Below the pieces are notes generated by a model. It saw only the letters and a program-made list of their open reading frames with translations, did not search any database and was not told where the DNA came from. Positions 1 to 11,767 of a stretch of 64,000 bases of DNA are shown here, in pieces. This DNA is from Centroscyllium fabricii. Taxonomy: Eukaryota. The position numbers and the translations under genes were made by a program. The DNA lies in assembly GCA_051313645.2 (NCBI GenBank), contig JBNRSN020000026.1, forward strand, positions 32,922,001-32,986,000, given 5' to 3'. Numbering within the stretch: the stretch's first letter is position 1; every line of letters begins with the position of its first letter.

Positions 1-364
1 TCATTTTTTGAATTTATAGGATCTCTCATTCACAGTAAGTTGGTTCTGAAGAAAGCACTCTCTTGTCCTGGTATCAGGATCACACCCCACGTCAACAATG
101 CTTCCACCATGTGTACAGGCCCAAGATGTGGGCAGCAGCTCAGTTTTTGTTTTTACTTATCCTATGCCGAGAATAACTTCCTTCAAAACTTGCTGACCAT
201 TGAGTGACTAACCCATCAAGGCTTCAGGGGGATGGTCAAGCGGGATTGAGGGTTATTAGGGTGCTATAATTTGAAGAATGACAAAGATCCCACAGGTAGG
301 TAATCCCACTTTCTATGCCATTCCAGTATCCTTCACACACCGTCAGAGCAATAAAAAACTAGTA

Positions 365-1276
365 CAGGTTGAGCACCCGTAATCTGGCACCCTCGGGACC
401 AACCCGGTGCCGGACCACTGAAAATTCCGGACCACTGAAGGTTGAAGGGATTGAAAACTTACTGATTAGCAGACTGGCGCACTGTGGCTGCAGTGTGTAC
501 CATCTACAAGATGCACTGCAGCAACTCGCCAAAGCTCCTTCAACAGCACCTTCCAAACCCGTGACCTCTACCACTTAGAAGGACAAAGGCAGCAGACGCA
601 TGGGAACAGCACCACCTACAAGTTCCCCTCCAAGCGACACACCATCCTGACTTGGACCTGTATCACCGCTCCTTCACTGTCGCTGGGCCAAAATCCTGGA
701 ACTCCCTTCCTAACAACATTGTGGGTGTACCTACACCATATGGACTGCAGCGGTTCAAGAAGGTGGCTCACCACCATCTTCTCAAGGGCAATTAGGGATG
801 GGCACTAAATGCAGGCCTAGCCAGCCAGCGACGCCCACATCCCAGCAATGGATGAAAAAAAAAGCTATCTTGTACTTCAGAGTGAGGGAATGGCAGAGAT
901 AATTTATGGGGCTGAATTTGTGGTCAGAGGCTTCCACAAATAAATTGCCCACCTACTTGGCGGTCCGGGAGATACGTAGATTCGCGGTCCTGGGACTCTC
1001 CGGCGCTGGCGGGTAGAGGCCCGCGTATCGCGGGGGTGCTGGCGGGTAGAGGCCCACGTATCGCGGGGTGCTGGCGGGTAGAGGCCCGCATATCGCGGGG
1101 TGCTGGCGGGTAGAGGCCCGCGTATTGCGGGTCCCTGGGATCACATGGGCTGGCCAGCGAGAAACGGTGGCGCCGCCGAGCGGCTGCTCCGCAAACTGCA
1201 GACTGCCGGTTCCGATTCATGCCAGACCACTGAAGGTGCCGAACCATCGGGTGCCGGATTACCGGTGCTCAACCTG
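365..1276. mobile_element. Tigger/pogo-like MITE (type B), interrupted by a LINE fragment; contains a ~32-bp tandem repeat x4 (~1005-1130)
   Basis: TIRs CAGGTTGAGCACC...GGTGCTCAACCTG with TA flanks; GGACCACTGAA subrepeats. Confidence 0.75.
470..863 (+). mobile_element. 3' end of a CR1/L2-group LINE (same family as 42150-43803)
   Basis: Shares the tggctgcagtgtgtaccatctacaagatgcactgcagcaactcgcc... segment and the A-rich tail. Confidence 0.8.
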
Positions 1277-2311
1277 TACCAATTTAGAAGGAGGATTGCC
1301 TCTATCTTTGTTGGCAAAACAGGCATGCTGAAAGTACTGTTCTGGGTGTTGACCAAATTTAAACTGCAATGTTTGGTAAACGTGAGAGCTGCCTTACAAA
1401 GCAATATGAAAGCAATAGGGCGGAGTACAGTCCTAATGATGCAAGGAGAAAAAATATGATTCCTGCAACCAATCAAGATTGGAAAAATTCCAACAGTATG
1501 TGAGAGGTGCCTGAATGACCAAGAAGAAACGGTCCTGGTTTGTACAGTTCAGTATAATGCATAGTGCCTTGGCTTGAACAGAAAACAATAGTAAAGCATC
1601 TGTACCCGACTGCATCATAAATCCTCCCTCTCAGCAATCGGCAAGCTGTGTCATAGTAACAAGCGCAACAGTTAAATCAGACAATTCTTCAAAGGCCGGA
1701 CACCATAGCATTTAGACTGGCACGTGATTCTCAAAAAAGTCACGTAAAAATGTTTCTGCTTCCTACCGTCATCATGTGAACTGTGTTAATATGCCACACC
1801 ACAATGCAAGCCTGAGTGGTAGTTATAAATGCACAAAAGTAGGATTTGTTTCTGTTCAATATGCTAAATACCAGTAACGGAAAGCTGGAGCATTTTTTTT
1901 TACATCCACTGTCAACATCAAGCATTCCCAGGTGAGGTATAGCACTGATTAGATTCAGGGTTAACAGCTCCCCTGACACTATCCCAGCAATACATGCTAA
2001 TCCCAATTTCAGAGGTATAGTACTGCACTTCAGACATTTCTATTTCATACCCTAGCAATTCTGAAGGCTTCCTTAACGCTACTGAATTGTGTGTTTATGG
2101 AATTGAGACAAAATAAGTTGACGTAGGACCCTTACAGCCTGAAAGAGAAAGTACCACATCCCTGTCTACATTGGATTCATACCCTGAAGTACATTAACCC
2201 ACTGTGCCATTCAATCGAACATAAAAGGAATGAAATATTCTTCATTACTGGCCAACATTGCTGAAAAGTGCACAGGCCAATATAAGACTCTATCCAATTT
2301 TATCACATAAT

Positions 2312-3636
2312 GGCCCAGATTTTGCGGTTGCAATGATGGTGAAACTGTCACTGTTTGCCGTCATTACAGGTTGAGCACCGTTAATTCAGCATGAGCGGGA
2401 CTAGGCCCGGGCTGGTATAGCGAAAAAACGGAGAATGAAGCAGGCCAGTGCGTGCGCACCATTCAAAATGGCCGCACGCATGCGCACAACATTGGAAATG
2501 GCTGCCGGAAGTTTTGATCACCTGCAGTGTAGCTGCAGCCGCCCAGAACCCGCCGTGCAAAGATCGCTCGGCTCTGCTCATCTCCCCCCACACAACCATA
2601 AACTGAGGCCCAGGATGCAGGCCCAGCACAGCACTAACAAGTTAGTAGAGCCCGGTCCCGGGCAGCGCTGAGGAAGTGAGGCCGGAACGAGCGGCAGATC
2701 CTTACTGTTCGGCGGTGCTTGAATGAGGAGGCAAAGGTCGGTCCAGCCTCCGGCGGCTGTTTTGAATGATCTGCGCATGCGCTCGCTGTTCGGTGGCACA
2801 TGCGCAGATCATTCAAACCTCCGGCGGCCGTTTGAATGATCTGCGCACGTGCAGATCATTTGCTGGAGCATCGATCGCGGCAGCCATTTTGTGCATGAGC
2901 AGGACAGTCGGGGCAATTTATGCCGGACGACCGAAGTTGCCGGCTTTTCGGTTACCGGATTAACGGTGCTCAACCTGCACTGTGTAAAACGGACAGCAAC
3001 CTCTGGTATCCGCACATGCGCAGTTAAACGCGGAAATCCGAAGTTGCTGGCAATGATACCCAGTCTTCGCAGATGCAATCAACACTACCAGTGATTTGAT
3101 ATGAATTTCAACTTTTTATGCATTATTCTTGCTGTAAAAAAACAATGAAAACGTTAAGCAGTGTTGGATCAGGAGTAACAGTTTTTAAACGGCATACTAA
3201 GTCATAATAACTGCTGCACCACCTCTCTGGCCTTGAAAAACAAATTTTACAAATGTGGAGTCTCATTCCTGAGAGTAACATTTAAAAATTGCATGATTTT
3301 TAAAATCGTAAAAAATAATTTTTCTTTTAAAGTTTATGGTATTTCAGCTTCTCCTTTAATCCCATATGTATGCCCCAAATTTTATTTTGCTTTCTGTACA
3401 TGCTTAAAATGTGAATTATAAACCCTGCTTTTTCCTTCCTGCCTTGCAATCTGAAAATCCTTCAATCTGATTGGCTGATCAGTCTGCTTGCTGGCTGCAC
3501 TGTTGTTGGACACCACAGATGGCACTACAAATTTAAATCACATCAAAATAGAGGAAATCCACGCTCTTGAGCCCACTAAATCTTTGCGGACAGCAGTAAT
3601 CACGGTCTCTTCGCCGCTGCCCGCAAAATTCAGGCC
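2312..3636. mobile_element. Harbinger-like non-autonomous element carrying a nested MITE
   Basis: Termini GGCCCAGATTTTGCGG / CCGCAAAATTCAGGCC; 3-bp TSD AAT on both sides. Confidence 0.7.
2367..2977. mobile_element. Tigger/pogo-like MITE (type A)
   Basis: CAGGTTGAGCACC TIRs; internal GAATGATCTGCGCATGCGC palindromes; close relative of 44415-44996. Confidence 0.88.
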
Positions 3637-4039
3637 AATGTCATTACTAAACGCAGGTAAATGAGAGTTTTTGGGAGGAAATTGCGATCAATGTAACAGC
3701 TGAAGCGAGGAACACAGTATGATGAAGGGCTTTATGAAAGAAAGCCAGATACACTGGGCGCATTCCTCTCAGAATTTAGAAGGACAGAAATCCATCTTCT
3801 GTTTGCACTGCAATTAAGCAAATGTCTGTCGCATAGCAAGAGTCCTGAAGAAGAAACAATTTGTTCTCCGTGATATGTACAAGTCTACAATTGTATCGGA
3901 ACTAGCAAAAATTGTTTGGCAGCAATAAACAGCCTTATGTTAGTTTACTCTACATTAAAGATAACCAAATATTCTGTAACTGTAAAATAAAATGTTACAT
4001 TTCAGTAGGCCCAGGCGTATGAACAAAAAACAAATAAGC

Positions 4040-5771
4040 AATGGGCACAAGCTGTTAGAATACTTGATATTTTTATGGGAAAGTATATCTGATAATTTAA
4101 AATGTAAACATCTGCATTGCTTCAGTCCTCCCCTTTACATTTGTGGTTATTAGGCTGAACATGACATTCCTGAACAAGGGATTACGGCAAACATCAGAAT
4201 GGGCACCCCTTTAAGAGAACAAACACTGCTTCAATCCCTGTACATTGTATAGTGGTTGTTTAAAAACAAATGATTAAAAAATTTCCCTTTATCCATTTAC
4301 TAGAGGGGTGGTCCCATTGAAAGGCTTCTGCTGCACCAAGGAATAGTTTTTGTTCAACCAATGTCCCAATACTGCTAGGATCAAGTATAGTGACAGTCAC
4401 ATCCAACAACACACACTTAAGTTTCTAATACTACCCTCTACTGCACCAATTAGCTTCCATTACAGCTTATTAAGGCATCTCAGAACTGAGCCTGGCCATT
4501 TTTCATTGTAGCGACCCTTATCCACCGTATGCCAGAATACATTAAAACCTTTTCACACATATCCCTCATTATTCACAAGGGAGAGATCAAGATATTGGCT
4601 AAATACGACCTCAGCATGACATATTGGCTAAACATGACATCAGAGATAGAGGACAGGTCTTCCACGTGGCCATGGCCATACAGGCAACTAAAGTAACCTG
4701 AAAGATACTTTCTTCTAGGTCGCCCTGTATGTCGAACATTGCTCTTACATGATCCAAGAAGCACCTTGTTGTACAACTTATCTCTTCTGATACCCACAAA
4801 AGAAATTAAAAAATTCCAAAGTTAGAGTCATAAGGTAACTAGTTTGTATGACTGAATTCAGGCAACTGGGCAGTTTTGCACATGTTGATACAACACAAAC
4901 TAGTCATCTTAAGAGCACATATATGCCTTGATTTTGTTCAGTGCAAATTATGACAGCTAAGCCATCCCAAACTCATGCACTTTTTATACCAACCACATAA
5001 CCTCGACTATGTAACAAGAACTTCCTCTAAAACTGCCCAGATGTGCGAAATAGAGGCCAAATGTGTGATTTTCTTTTTTAAAAATGTGTTCAATTCAGAG
5101 TGATGATTGAAACAACCAATGCAAGCATAAACAAAATGGTTCCGGGATACAAAAATATACATCATAAACTATCCCTCCCAAATGTCTCTTCATGAACATG
5201 TCACTAACACTTCGTGACGGGTCTTTTAAATTTTTTAAAGAGCAAAATCATTGTTAGTGTGGCCCTTGTGTGCCAATTTATGACCCAAATATTCAACTGA
5301 AGTTGCTAACCAAAAACTGAATATTAATTTCCAACAAAATACATAAAGAACTATCCTAGTAAATTATTAAAAATGTAGAACCCACACATAATTGAAGTAG
5401 TTCAGACTGATTTCTTGTTAAGGGCAGTGACTTAATTTGGGTTCTAACTAGGTATTTGTCTTGGGAAACAAAACAGACTTAAAATACAAATTAAAACTGT
5501 ACTGGGTTATCTACCAAAAACACTAAAACTCAAAGGGTAAATAAAAACCATGCGAATAGCAACTTGCATTTTGTACAGCAGAAAATAACTAACTGTAGCC
5601 TTCTTCCAAGCAAACAAGACATTTAAAAACATTTGCGTTGCCTCAACATGCACAAAAATATTAGATTCACAAGCAATATTAACATTTCACATTATGAATG
5701 ATTTGGAAATGAAGCAACTTATGGAATGAAACCATAAGAAACAATAATTTCTATGAGGTGGGGATGGACAA
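4040..5771 (-). other. stat5: Probable STAT5 3' UTR
   Basis: AT-rich, repeat-free stretch after the stop; candidate variant signal CATAAA (4072-4077) followed by a U/GU-rich tract (4022-4037); end not proven. Confidence 0.45.
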
Positions 5772-5898
5772 TCATGTCGGTTGATGAGGAAGCCACTGAT
5801 TATCGATTGGTCTGCGCAGAAGTTCCTCCACATGTCTGGCAACATCCATCGTATCATCTAGGTCAAAATCACCGTCAGGATCAAGCATACTGTCTGGG
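5772..5898 (-). CDS. stat5: STAT5 last coding exon (transactivation domain and stop)
   Basis: ttttatttAG acceptor; (N)[41 protein letters not shown]; matches STAT5B C-terminus; phase joins AA|C with the 19602 exon. Confidence 0.96.
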
Positions 5899-6161
5899 CT
5901 AAATAAAAGAGAATCATGAAATGTTATGAAAATTGATTCAATTAACCAGCAGGACAATCTGTAAAAGAAAATAATTTATTCCGTTGCATTTTCTGAATGC
6001 ATCTTTGCAGACAGAATCGGTCGAAGGGAATAGATTGTTCTGTTGCTTTGTGCATCCAATTTCAACAATAACTTTCATTTATACAACACTTTTAATGTAG
6101 GAAAATGTCCCAAGGAGATTAATCAGACAAAAACTGACACTGAACCAAAGATGATGATATT

Positions 6162-6923
6162 GGGCCAGAAATTCCGACCTGCGCATATCGCGTTTGAGCT
6201 CTGTTGCGAGCGCACCAGAGCTTAAACGCGCATGAAGCAGCCGTTTGCGCTGCTTCATCTTTTCTGATGGTGGCCAGCAGGGGGGGCAGAGTTCGTGCGA
6301 TGGCTATTGCAGGAACCAACGCACTACAGGGTGCGCTGAAACATTCCGAATTTAAAAAAAAAGTTTTTCTACGGACCAAGCACAGAAGATTTTACGCTTG
6401 AAAAAAGGAGTCGTAAGCACCCATTTTTATCAGGTAAGTCTGTATTTTATTGATTTTAAGTCTTGTTTTTTCAGGGTTTTAATTATTGTTAAATTTAAAG
6501 ACAAGTATTTATTTAGGCCTGTTAAACATTGAAAAAAATTTCTGTAAATTTTTCTTTTTTCTTTAAAATAGGTTATTTATGTCAGTTGAAGTAATGTTAA
6601 AAAAATGTGGGGTTTGTAAAATTTTAATTTTGAGTTTAGATGTGTTTTGGAAGATCTCTCTTTTGAAAACTTACACAGATTTCTGGGTGTAAGTTTTCAA
6701 TGGAGGATTGCTTCCATTGATTGGCTCCCTGCCGATCACGTGATCTTGTGCGAGACTTCTAACTAATTACGCCACTAAGTTGCCCACGGAGCTCCCACAG
6801 AGCTCTGTCAAGCTGTGCTAATCGGAAAGTCACAGTGCAAAAACTCAAAACTGAAAAAGTGCTGGCTATGCGCTAATAAGAGCACTGCACCCGCACGAAA
6901 GCCCCAATCCTAATTTCTGGCCC
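6162..6923. mobile_element. Harbinger-like non-autonomous element
   Basis: TIR GGGCCAGAAATT...AATTTCTGGCCC; flanks ATT/ATC; GC-rich ends, AT-rich core. Confidence 0.75.
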
Positions 6924-8730
6924 ATCAGGATGGGTGAGTAATAGCTTGGTTAGAGGGGTGGGATTTTAGGGGGATCTTAAAAGGAGAGTGTAGCAAGCTT
7001 TAGGAAGCACATTGCTGAAGGTATGGCATGGATGAGGTTTATCACCAGCAAATACGCTGAGGCGGGTTGGAGAATGGCCATGTTAGAGGTAGAAGTAGGC
7101 AGTCTTTGTGATGGGAGAGGATATGGGTTTGGCTCAGGGTCAAAATAGGATGGCGAGGTTGCGAACAGTCTGGTGCAGCCTGAGACAATGGTCAGAGAGG
7201 GGGATGGAATCAGAGTTTGTGGCGGGGAGCAAAGACAATGGCTTCTGTCCACAGAATATTTAATTGGAGGAAATTGTGCTTTGTTCGTCAAGCAATCTGA
7301 CAACACAGAGGCAGGGGAGGGCTTGAGAGAAATGGTGGTGAGGTAGAGCTGGGTGCCATCAGCATACATGGGGAACCTGACTTCATGTTGTCACTGAGAT
7401 GCAGCATGTGGATGAGAAACAGGCGGGGACCAAGGATAGATCCTTAGGGGACTCCAAACGTTATGGTGCGGGGGCTGCAAACGTTATGGTGCGGGGGCTG
7501 CAAACGTTATGGTGCGGGGGCTGCAAACGTTATGGTGCGGGGGCTGCAAACGTTATGGTGCGGGGGCTGAAGAGAAACCATTGCAGGAGACATTTTTTTA
7601 AATTTGTTCCGGGATGTGGGCGTCGCTGGCAAAGCCAGCATTTATTGCCCATCCCTAATTGCTCTCGAGAAGGTGGTGGTGAGCTGCCTTCTTGAACCAC
7701 TGCAGTCTTTGTGGTGAAGGTACTCCCACAGTGCTGTTAGGGAAGGAGCTCCAGGATTCTGGCCCAGCAACGATGAAGGACTCTCTGCCTACGACTGGAT
7801 AGTTAAGAGCAGAACCAAGCAAGGGCAGTCCACTCAATTGGACAACAAAGTGTCTTTGGAGGAAGATGATGTGGTCAACTGTGTCAAAGGCTGCAGAGAG
7901 GCTGAGAAGGATGGTTGAAGGGGGGTGGGTGGGGGGGAAGAGAGGGAATAGTACACCAGTTAGTCAGAGCTTGTAATTTGTGACTTTGATCAGGGTCATT
8001 TTAGTGTTTTGACAAGGATGGAAACCCGATTGGAGAGGTTCAAAGATGGAGTTGTGGGGAGTTGAGTGGTCAACAGTTTAGTTGGAATGGGGTCGAGAGA
8101 GCAGGAGGCAGGTCCCATGGATAAACAAAGCTTGGAAAGGACACGAGGGTAGATAGGAGAAAATAGGGAAAGACGCAAGTAGCGGGCTAGGCAAGTGTTA
8201 GCCTTGGGGGAAGTTGGGCTTGTTCGGCATAGGGAAGGGGTGAATACGGCAGAAACAGCTAACGGATTGTCTCAACCTCAGAGATATAAGATATCCATGA
8301 GTGTGCCTTGCAGTTGTTGTTGGCAAGGGTGGAGGGGACAGGGGAGATGGGTTTAAGGAGAAAGCTGGTAGTGGAGAAAAGAAGCCGGGGGATATCTTTG
8401 CATTCCAGAATGATCCTGGAGTAGTGAACAGATTTGGCAGAGGACAGTAGGGACTGACGGTGACTGATGTGGTCCAGCCAGATCTGGCGATGAATAGCTA
8501 AACCTGTTGTGCGTCATAGACGTTCAAGCTTGCACCTCTTGGGCTCAAGCGAGTGAAGTTGGGAGCCATACCAGGGGGAACGACCAGGGTTCTACTGGAG
8601 ACAAGGGCATCAAAGGCAAATGTGAGGGTGCAAGTGAGCAAAGCGAGAGAGGCAGAAGTATCGTGGTGGTGGAGGGCCAAAGGTAGACAGTTGGGAATTT
8701 AAAGTGTCGTCGTAAGTGACTTAAGAGTTT
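6924..8730 (-). mobile_element. Degenerate L2-type LINE (RT region)
   Basis: Minus-strand remnants YADGTQLYL and SCSLDPIPTKLL; many stops and frameshifts. Confidence 0.75.
7455..7569. repeat. Minisatellite, 23 bp x5
   Basis: CAAACGTTATGGTGCGGGGGCTG repeated five times perfectly. Confidence 0.95.
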
Positions 8731-8884
8731 TTTTTCAGGGCTGGATGCAGAAACAAACATGGTTGGACTGGAATGTCAGTTGTGATTACATCTGTGATGC
8801 CACATGTTCATATTTCTTTATATTCAGTTGCTCAGCTGTCCAATCAACTCACTGACTATTTTAAAAACTGAGAAATCCTGTGAA

Positions 8885-9285
8885 GGGCGGCACGGTGGCA
8901 TAGTGGTTAGCACTGTTGCCTCACAGCGCTAGGGGCCCGGGTTCAAATCCAGCCTCGGGTGACTATCTGTGTGGAGTTTGCACATTCTTCCCGTGTCTGC
9001 GTGGGTTTCCTCCGGGTGCTCCGGTTTCCTCCCACAGTCCAAAGATGTGCGGGTTAGGTTGATTGGCCAGGATAAATTGACCCTTAGTGTTAGGGGGATT
9101 GAATGTGTGGGGTTACGGGGATAGGGTGGGATAAGTGTCGGTGCAGGCTCGATAGGGATCGAGGGATATGGGGAGAGGGCAGGGGCGGGGTAGTGGGATT
9201 GGATGATCAGCCATGATCTCATTGAATGGCGGAGCAGGCTCGAAGGGCCGAATGGCCTACTCCTGCTCCTATCTTCTATGTTTCT
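8885..9285 (+). mobile_element. HE1-type V-SINE, full length
   Basis: tRNA-like head (A box TGGCATAGTGG, B box GGTTCAAATCC); V-core gtgggtttcctccgggtgctccggtttcctcccac; CR1-like tail. Confidence 0.9.
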
Positions 9286-9664
9286 AAAGGCAAAGGCCTA
9301 TACTGCAGGACATCTCTGAGGTAGAAAAGGGGAGAAGATTAGATAAATCATGCAGTAGTGATTCTGTTAAGGATAAAAGATTAATGAGAGAACAGGGGTG
9401 AGTAAAGTAAGGTCTGGAACATCCTTGTAAGATTTAGCAACATTTATGAGAAGTATTAGAGGATCCATCCTTGGTGGTCCAATACTGAAATGATGCAATA
9501 AATGGAGTGAAACCTGGAAGGTTGTGGATGAAGAGAGTTGGGATGAAAGAGAAGGCCAACAAAGTATTTCCACATTACATAGATAGGCAGGTGGAGTCGG
9601 CCATTCGGCCCTTCGAGCCGGCTCCGCCATTCAGTATGTTCATGGCTGATCCTCTATCTCAATA

Positions 9665-10126
9665 CAGGTTGTGCACCGAAAATCCGTGTCCCGAATAGCC
9701 GGCAGCTTCAGTCTGCCGGCACAAATTGCCCCGACTGCACTGCGCATGCGCAAAATGGCTGCCCCCATCGTGGCTTCAGCGAATGATCTGCGCATGCGTC
9801 ACCGGACGGTCAGCGCATGCGCAGATAATTCAATACGGCCGCCCGTTATTTTCTCCACAGCTGAGCCCCGTGACTGAGGCGGACAGTCACTAGGCAACAG
9901 CTGTCAGCCTGAGTCCCGCTCGGCGGCAGCAGCAACCCGAAAGGCGATGGAGAGGGACGGCGGACCTGGGCCCGATCTGCGCATGCGCGTGCCAGCCAAT
10001 CGCAATGTTGCGCGTGGCCATTTTGACTGGTGCGCATGCACAGTGTCCAAACTCGTTCTCCCGGTTTTTTCCATTTCCCGGCACGGGCCTGGTCCCGCCC
10101 GTGGCGGATTAATGGTGCACAACCTG
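9665..10126. mobile_element. Tigger/pogo-like MITE (type A variant) inside a CR1 3' fragment
   Basis: TIRs CAGGTTGTGCACC/GGTGCACAACCTG; TA TSD. Confidence 0.88.
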
Positions 10127-10967
10127 TACCATATTCCCGCTCTCTCCCCATACCCCTTGATGACTTTTGTGTCTAGAAATCTATCTCCTTCTTAAATATA
10201 TCCAGTGACTTGGCCCCCACAGCCCTCTGTGGTAGAGAATTCACCAGGTGCACCACCCTCTGAGTGAAGAAATTTCTCCTCATCTCAGTCCTAAATGTCC
10301 TGCCCCGAATCCTGAGACTGTGACCCCTCTTAATTTAAATTCTCAAACTGCCATGGTAGGATTTCAACTTATGTTACATATAGAAGATAGGAGCAGGAGT
10401 AGGCCATTTGGCCCCTCGAGCCTGCTCCGCCATTTAATGATAACATGGCTGTTCATCCAAATTCAGTACCCTGTCCCTGCTTTCTCCTCATATCCCTTCC
10501 GCCTTAAGAAATATATCTAACTCCTTCTTTAATATATTTCATGAATTGGCCTCAACTGCCTTCTGTGGCAGAGAATTTCACAGGTTCACCACTCTCTGGG
10601 TGAAGAAATTCCTCCTCATCTCGGTCCTAAATGGCTTACCCCTTATCCTTAGACTGTGACCCCTGGTTCTGGACTCCCCGCCATCGGGAAGATCCTTCCT
10701 GTTCTGCTAGATTATTAGTTTAGACCTGTGGATTATGTTCAGTAAGGTAAACCACTGCACTACCGTACCCCTTTACTAGCCTCTCCTACCCCTTTACTGG
10801 CCTCTCCAATGCTTTGAATTGTTTTGCAGCAGGAATAGCATTGCTCTAAAATCTTTGGCAGCAGTTTATTAAGGCATAAGTGATCAAACATTCTGTAGAA
10901 CAATATAGTTCCAGCTTTGCGTGGATCACAAGAATGTCATCTGCAAATAAAAAAGGTTAGAATTGAA

Positions 10968-11286
10968 TAAAGTAGATAGATAACCACTCATTTGCTCCAT
11001 TACATTCCCAAGGATCAAGGAGGAATTTCAGTTTCCTTAAGATTTCTACTTGGTTCTGTCAGGAGATTTAAAAAAAACTGAAAAGAAGAAGTGAGAGTGA
11101 AAACTGCATGACGCCCCTTACTAGAAGCAGCCTTATATGATAAATAAGCCTGTTATTGTTATTCCACACCGTAATTTCATAATAAAGGAGGAAAGAAGTT
11201 TCAGGCATTTAATGCTAACCACAGAAGATCTATGAGCTCATAAACCCTGTGACCGCTGTCTTACAGGCTTTATGGCAATTCAACAG
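10968..11286 (+). repeat. Inverted-repeat arm A (partner 18439-18763)
   Basis: Reverse complement aligns over ~320 bp, about 90% identity by eye, two small indels. Confidence 0.92.
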
Positions 11287-11287
11287 T

Positions 11288-11342
11288 CACTGTTCTGTGT
11301 GGTAATACCTGCCATTGCAAAGAGAATCTGGTGCAAAAATAC
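11288..11342 (+). repeat. Inverted-repeat arm B (partner 16109-16163)
   Basis: CACTGTTCTGTGTGGTAATACCTGCCATTGCAAAGAGAATCTGGTGCAAAAATAC; one mismatch to the reverse complement of 16109-16163. Confidence 0.9.
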
Positions 11343-11443
11343 CCTTGAGAAGACCTTTTCCCCAATAAAATTCAGGTGGTGTATCCTTTTCTGCAGTCTG
11401 ACTTTGTAGAGAAGTGTTTGAAGAGTTAATAGTTATTCCACGC

Positions 11444-11744
11444 TGTGATAAACCACTGTTTATCATCGTATTGTATATATACTTAATCCACCTGTATAGA
11501 TGTAATCGTACCCAATACCATGTACCTGTATATAAACCGGTGACACGATTACTGGGACATGCCCAGGTCGGCTCCGCCCACGACTCCTCCCTCCCAGGAG
11601 GGGGTATATAAGTGGCAGCCTCCCATCCCCCGGCCATACCTGGGGACAGTCGACTAGCTGGTGTGTGTCCCACCTTTTAGTTAATAAAAGCCGCATTGTT
11701 TCTCTACTTAACTACTCGTCCACGAGGTCGTTATTTCGGTCACA
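11444..11744 (+). repeat. 5' LTR
   Basis: TG...CA ends; TATATAA at 11605-11611; AATAAA at 11683-11688; 4 transitions versus the 3' LTR. Confidence 0.96.
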
Positions 11745-11767
11745 ATTTTATTAACTAAATTTTGAAG

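Noticed and set aside
5899-5957. ORF-track N-terminal extension of the last exon ([10 protein letters not shown]...)
   Set aside because: Intronic read-through upstream of the AG acceptor at 5899-5900; not part of STAT5.
8885-8960. tRNA gene
   Set aside because: A and B boxes run straight into a V-SINE core and recur in many copies; this is a SINE head.
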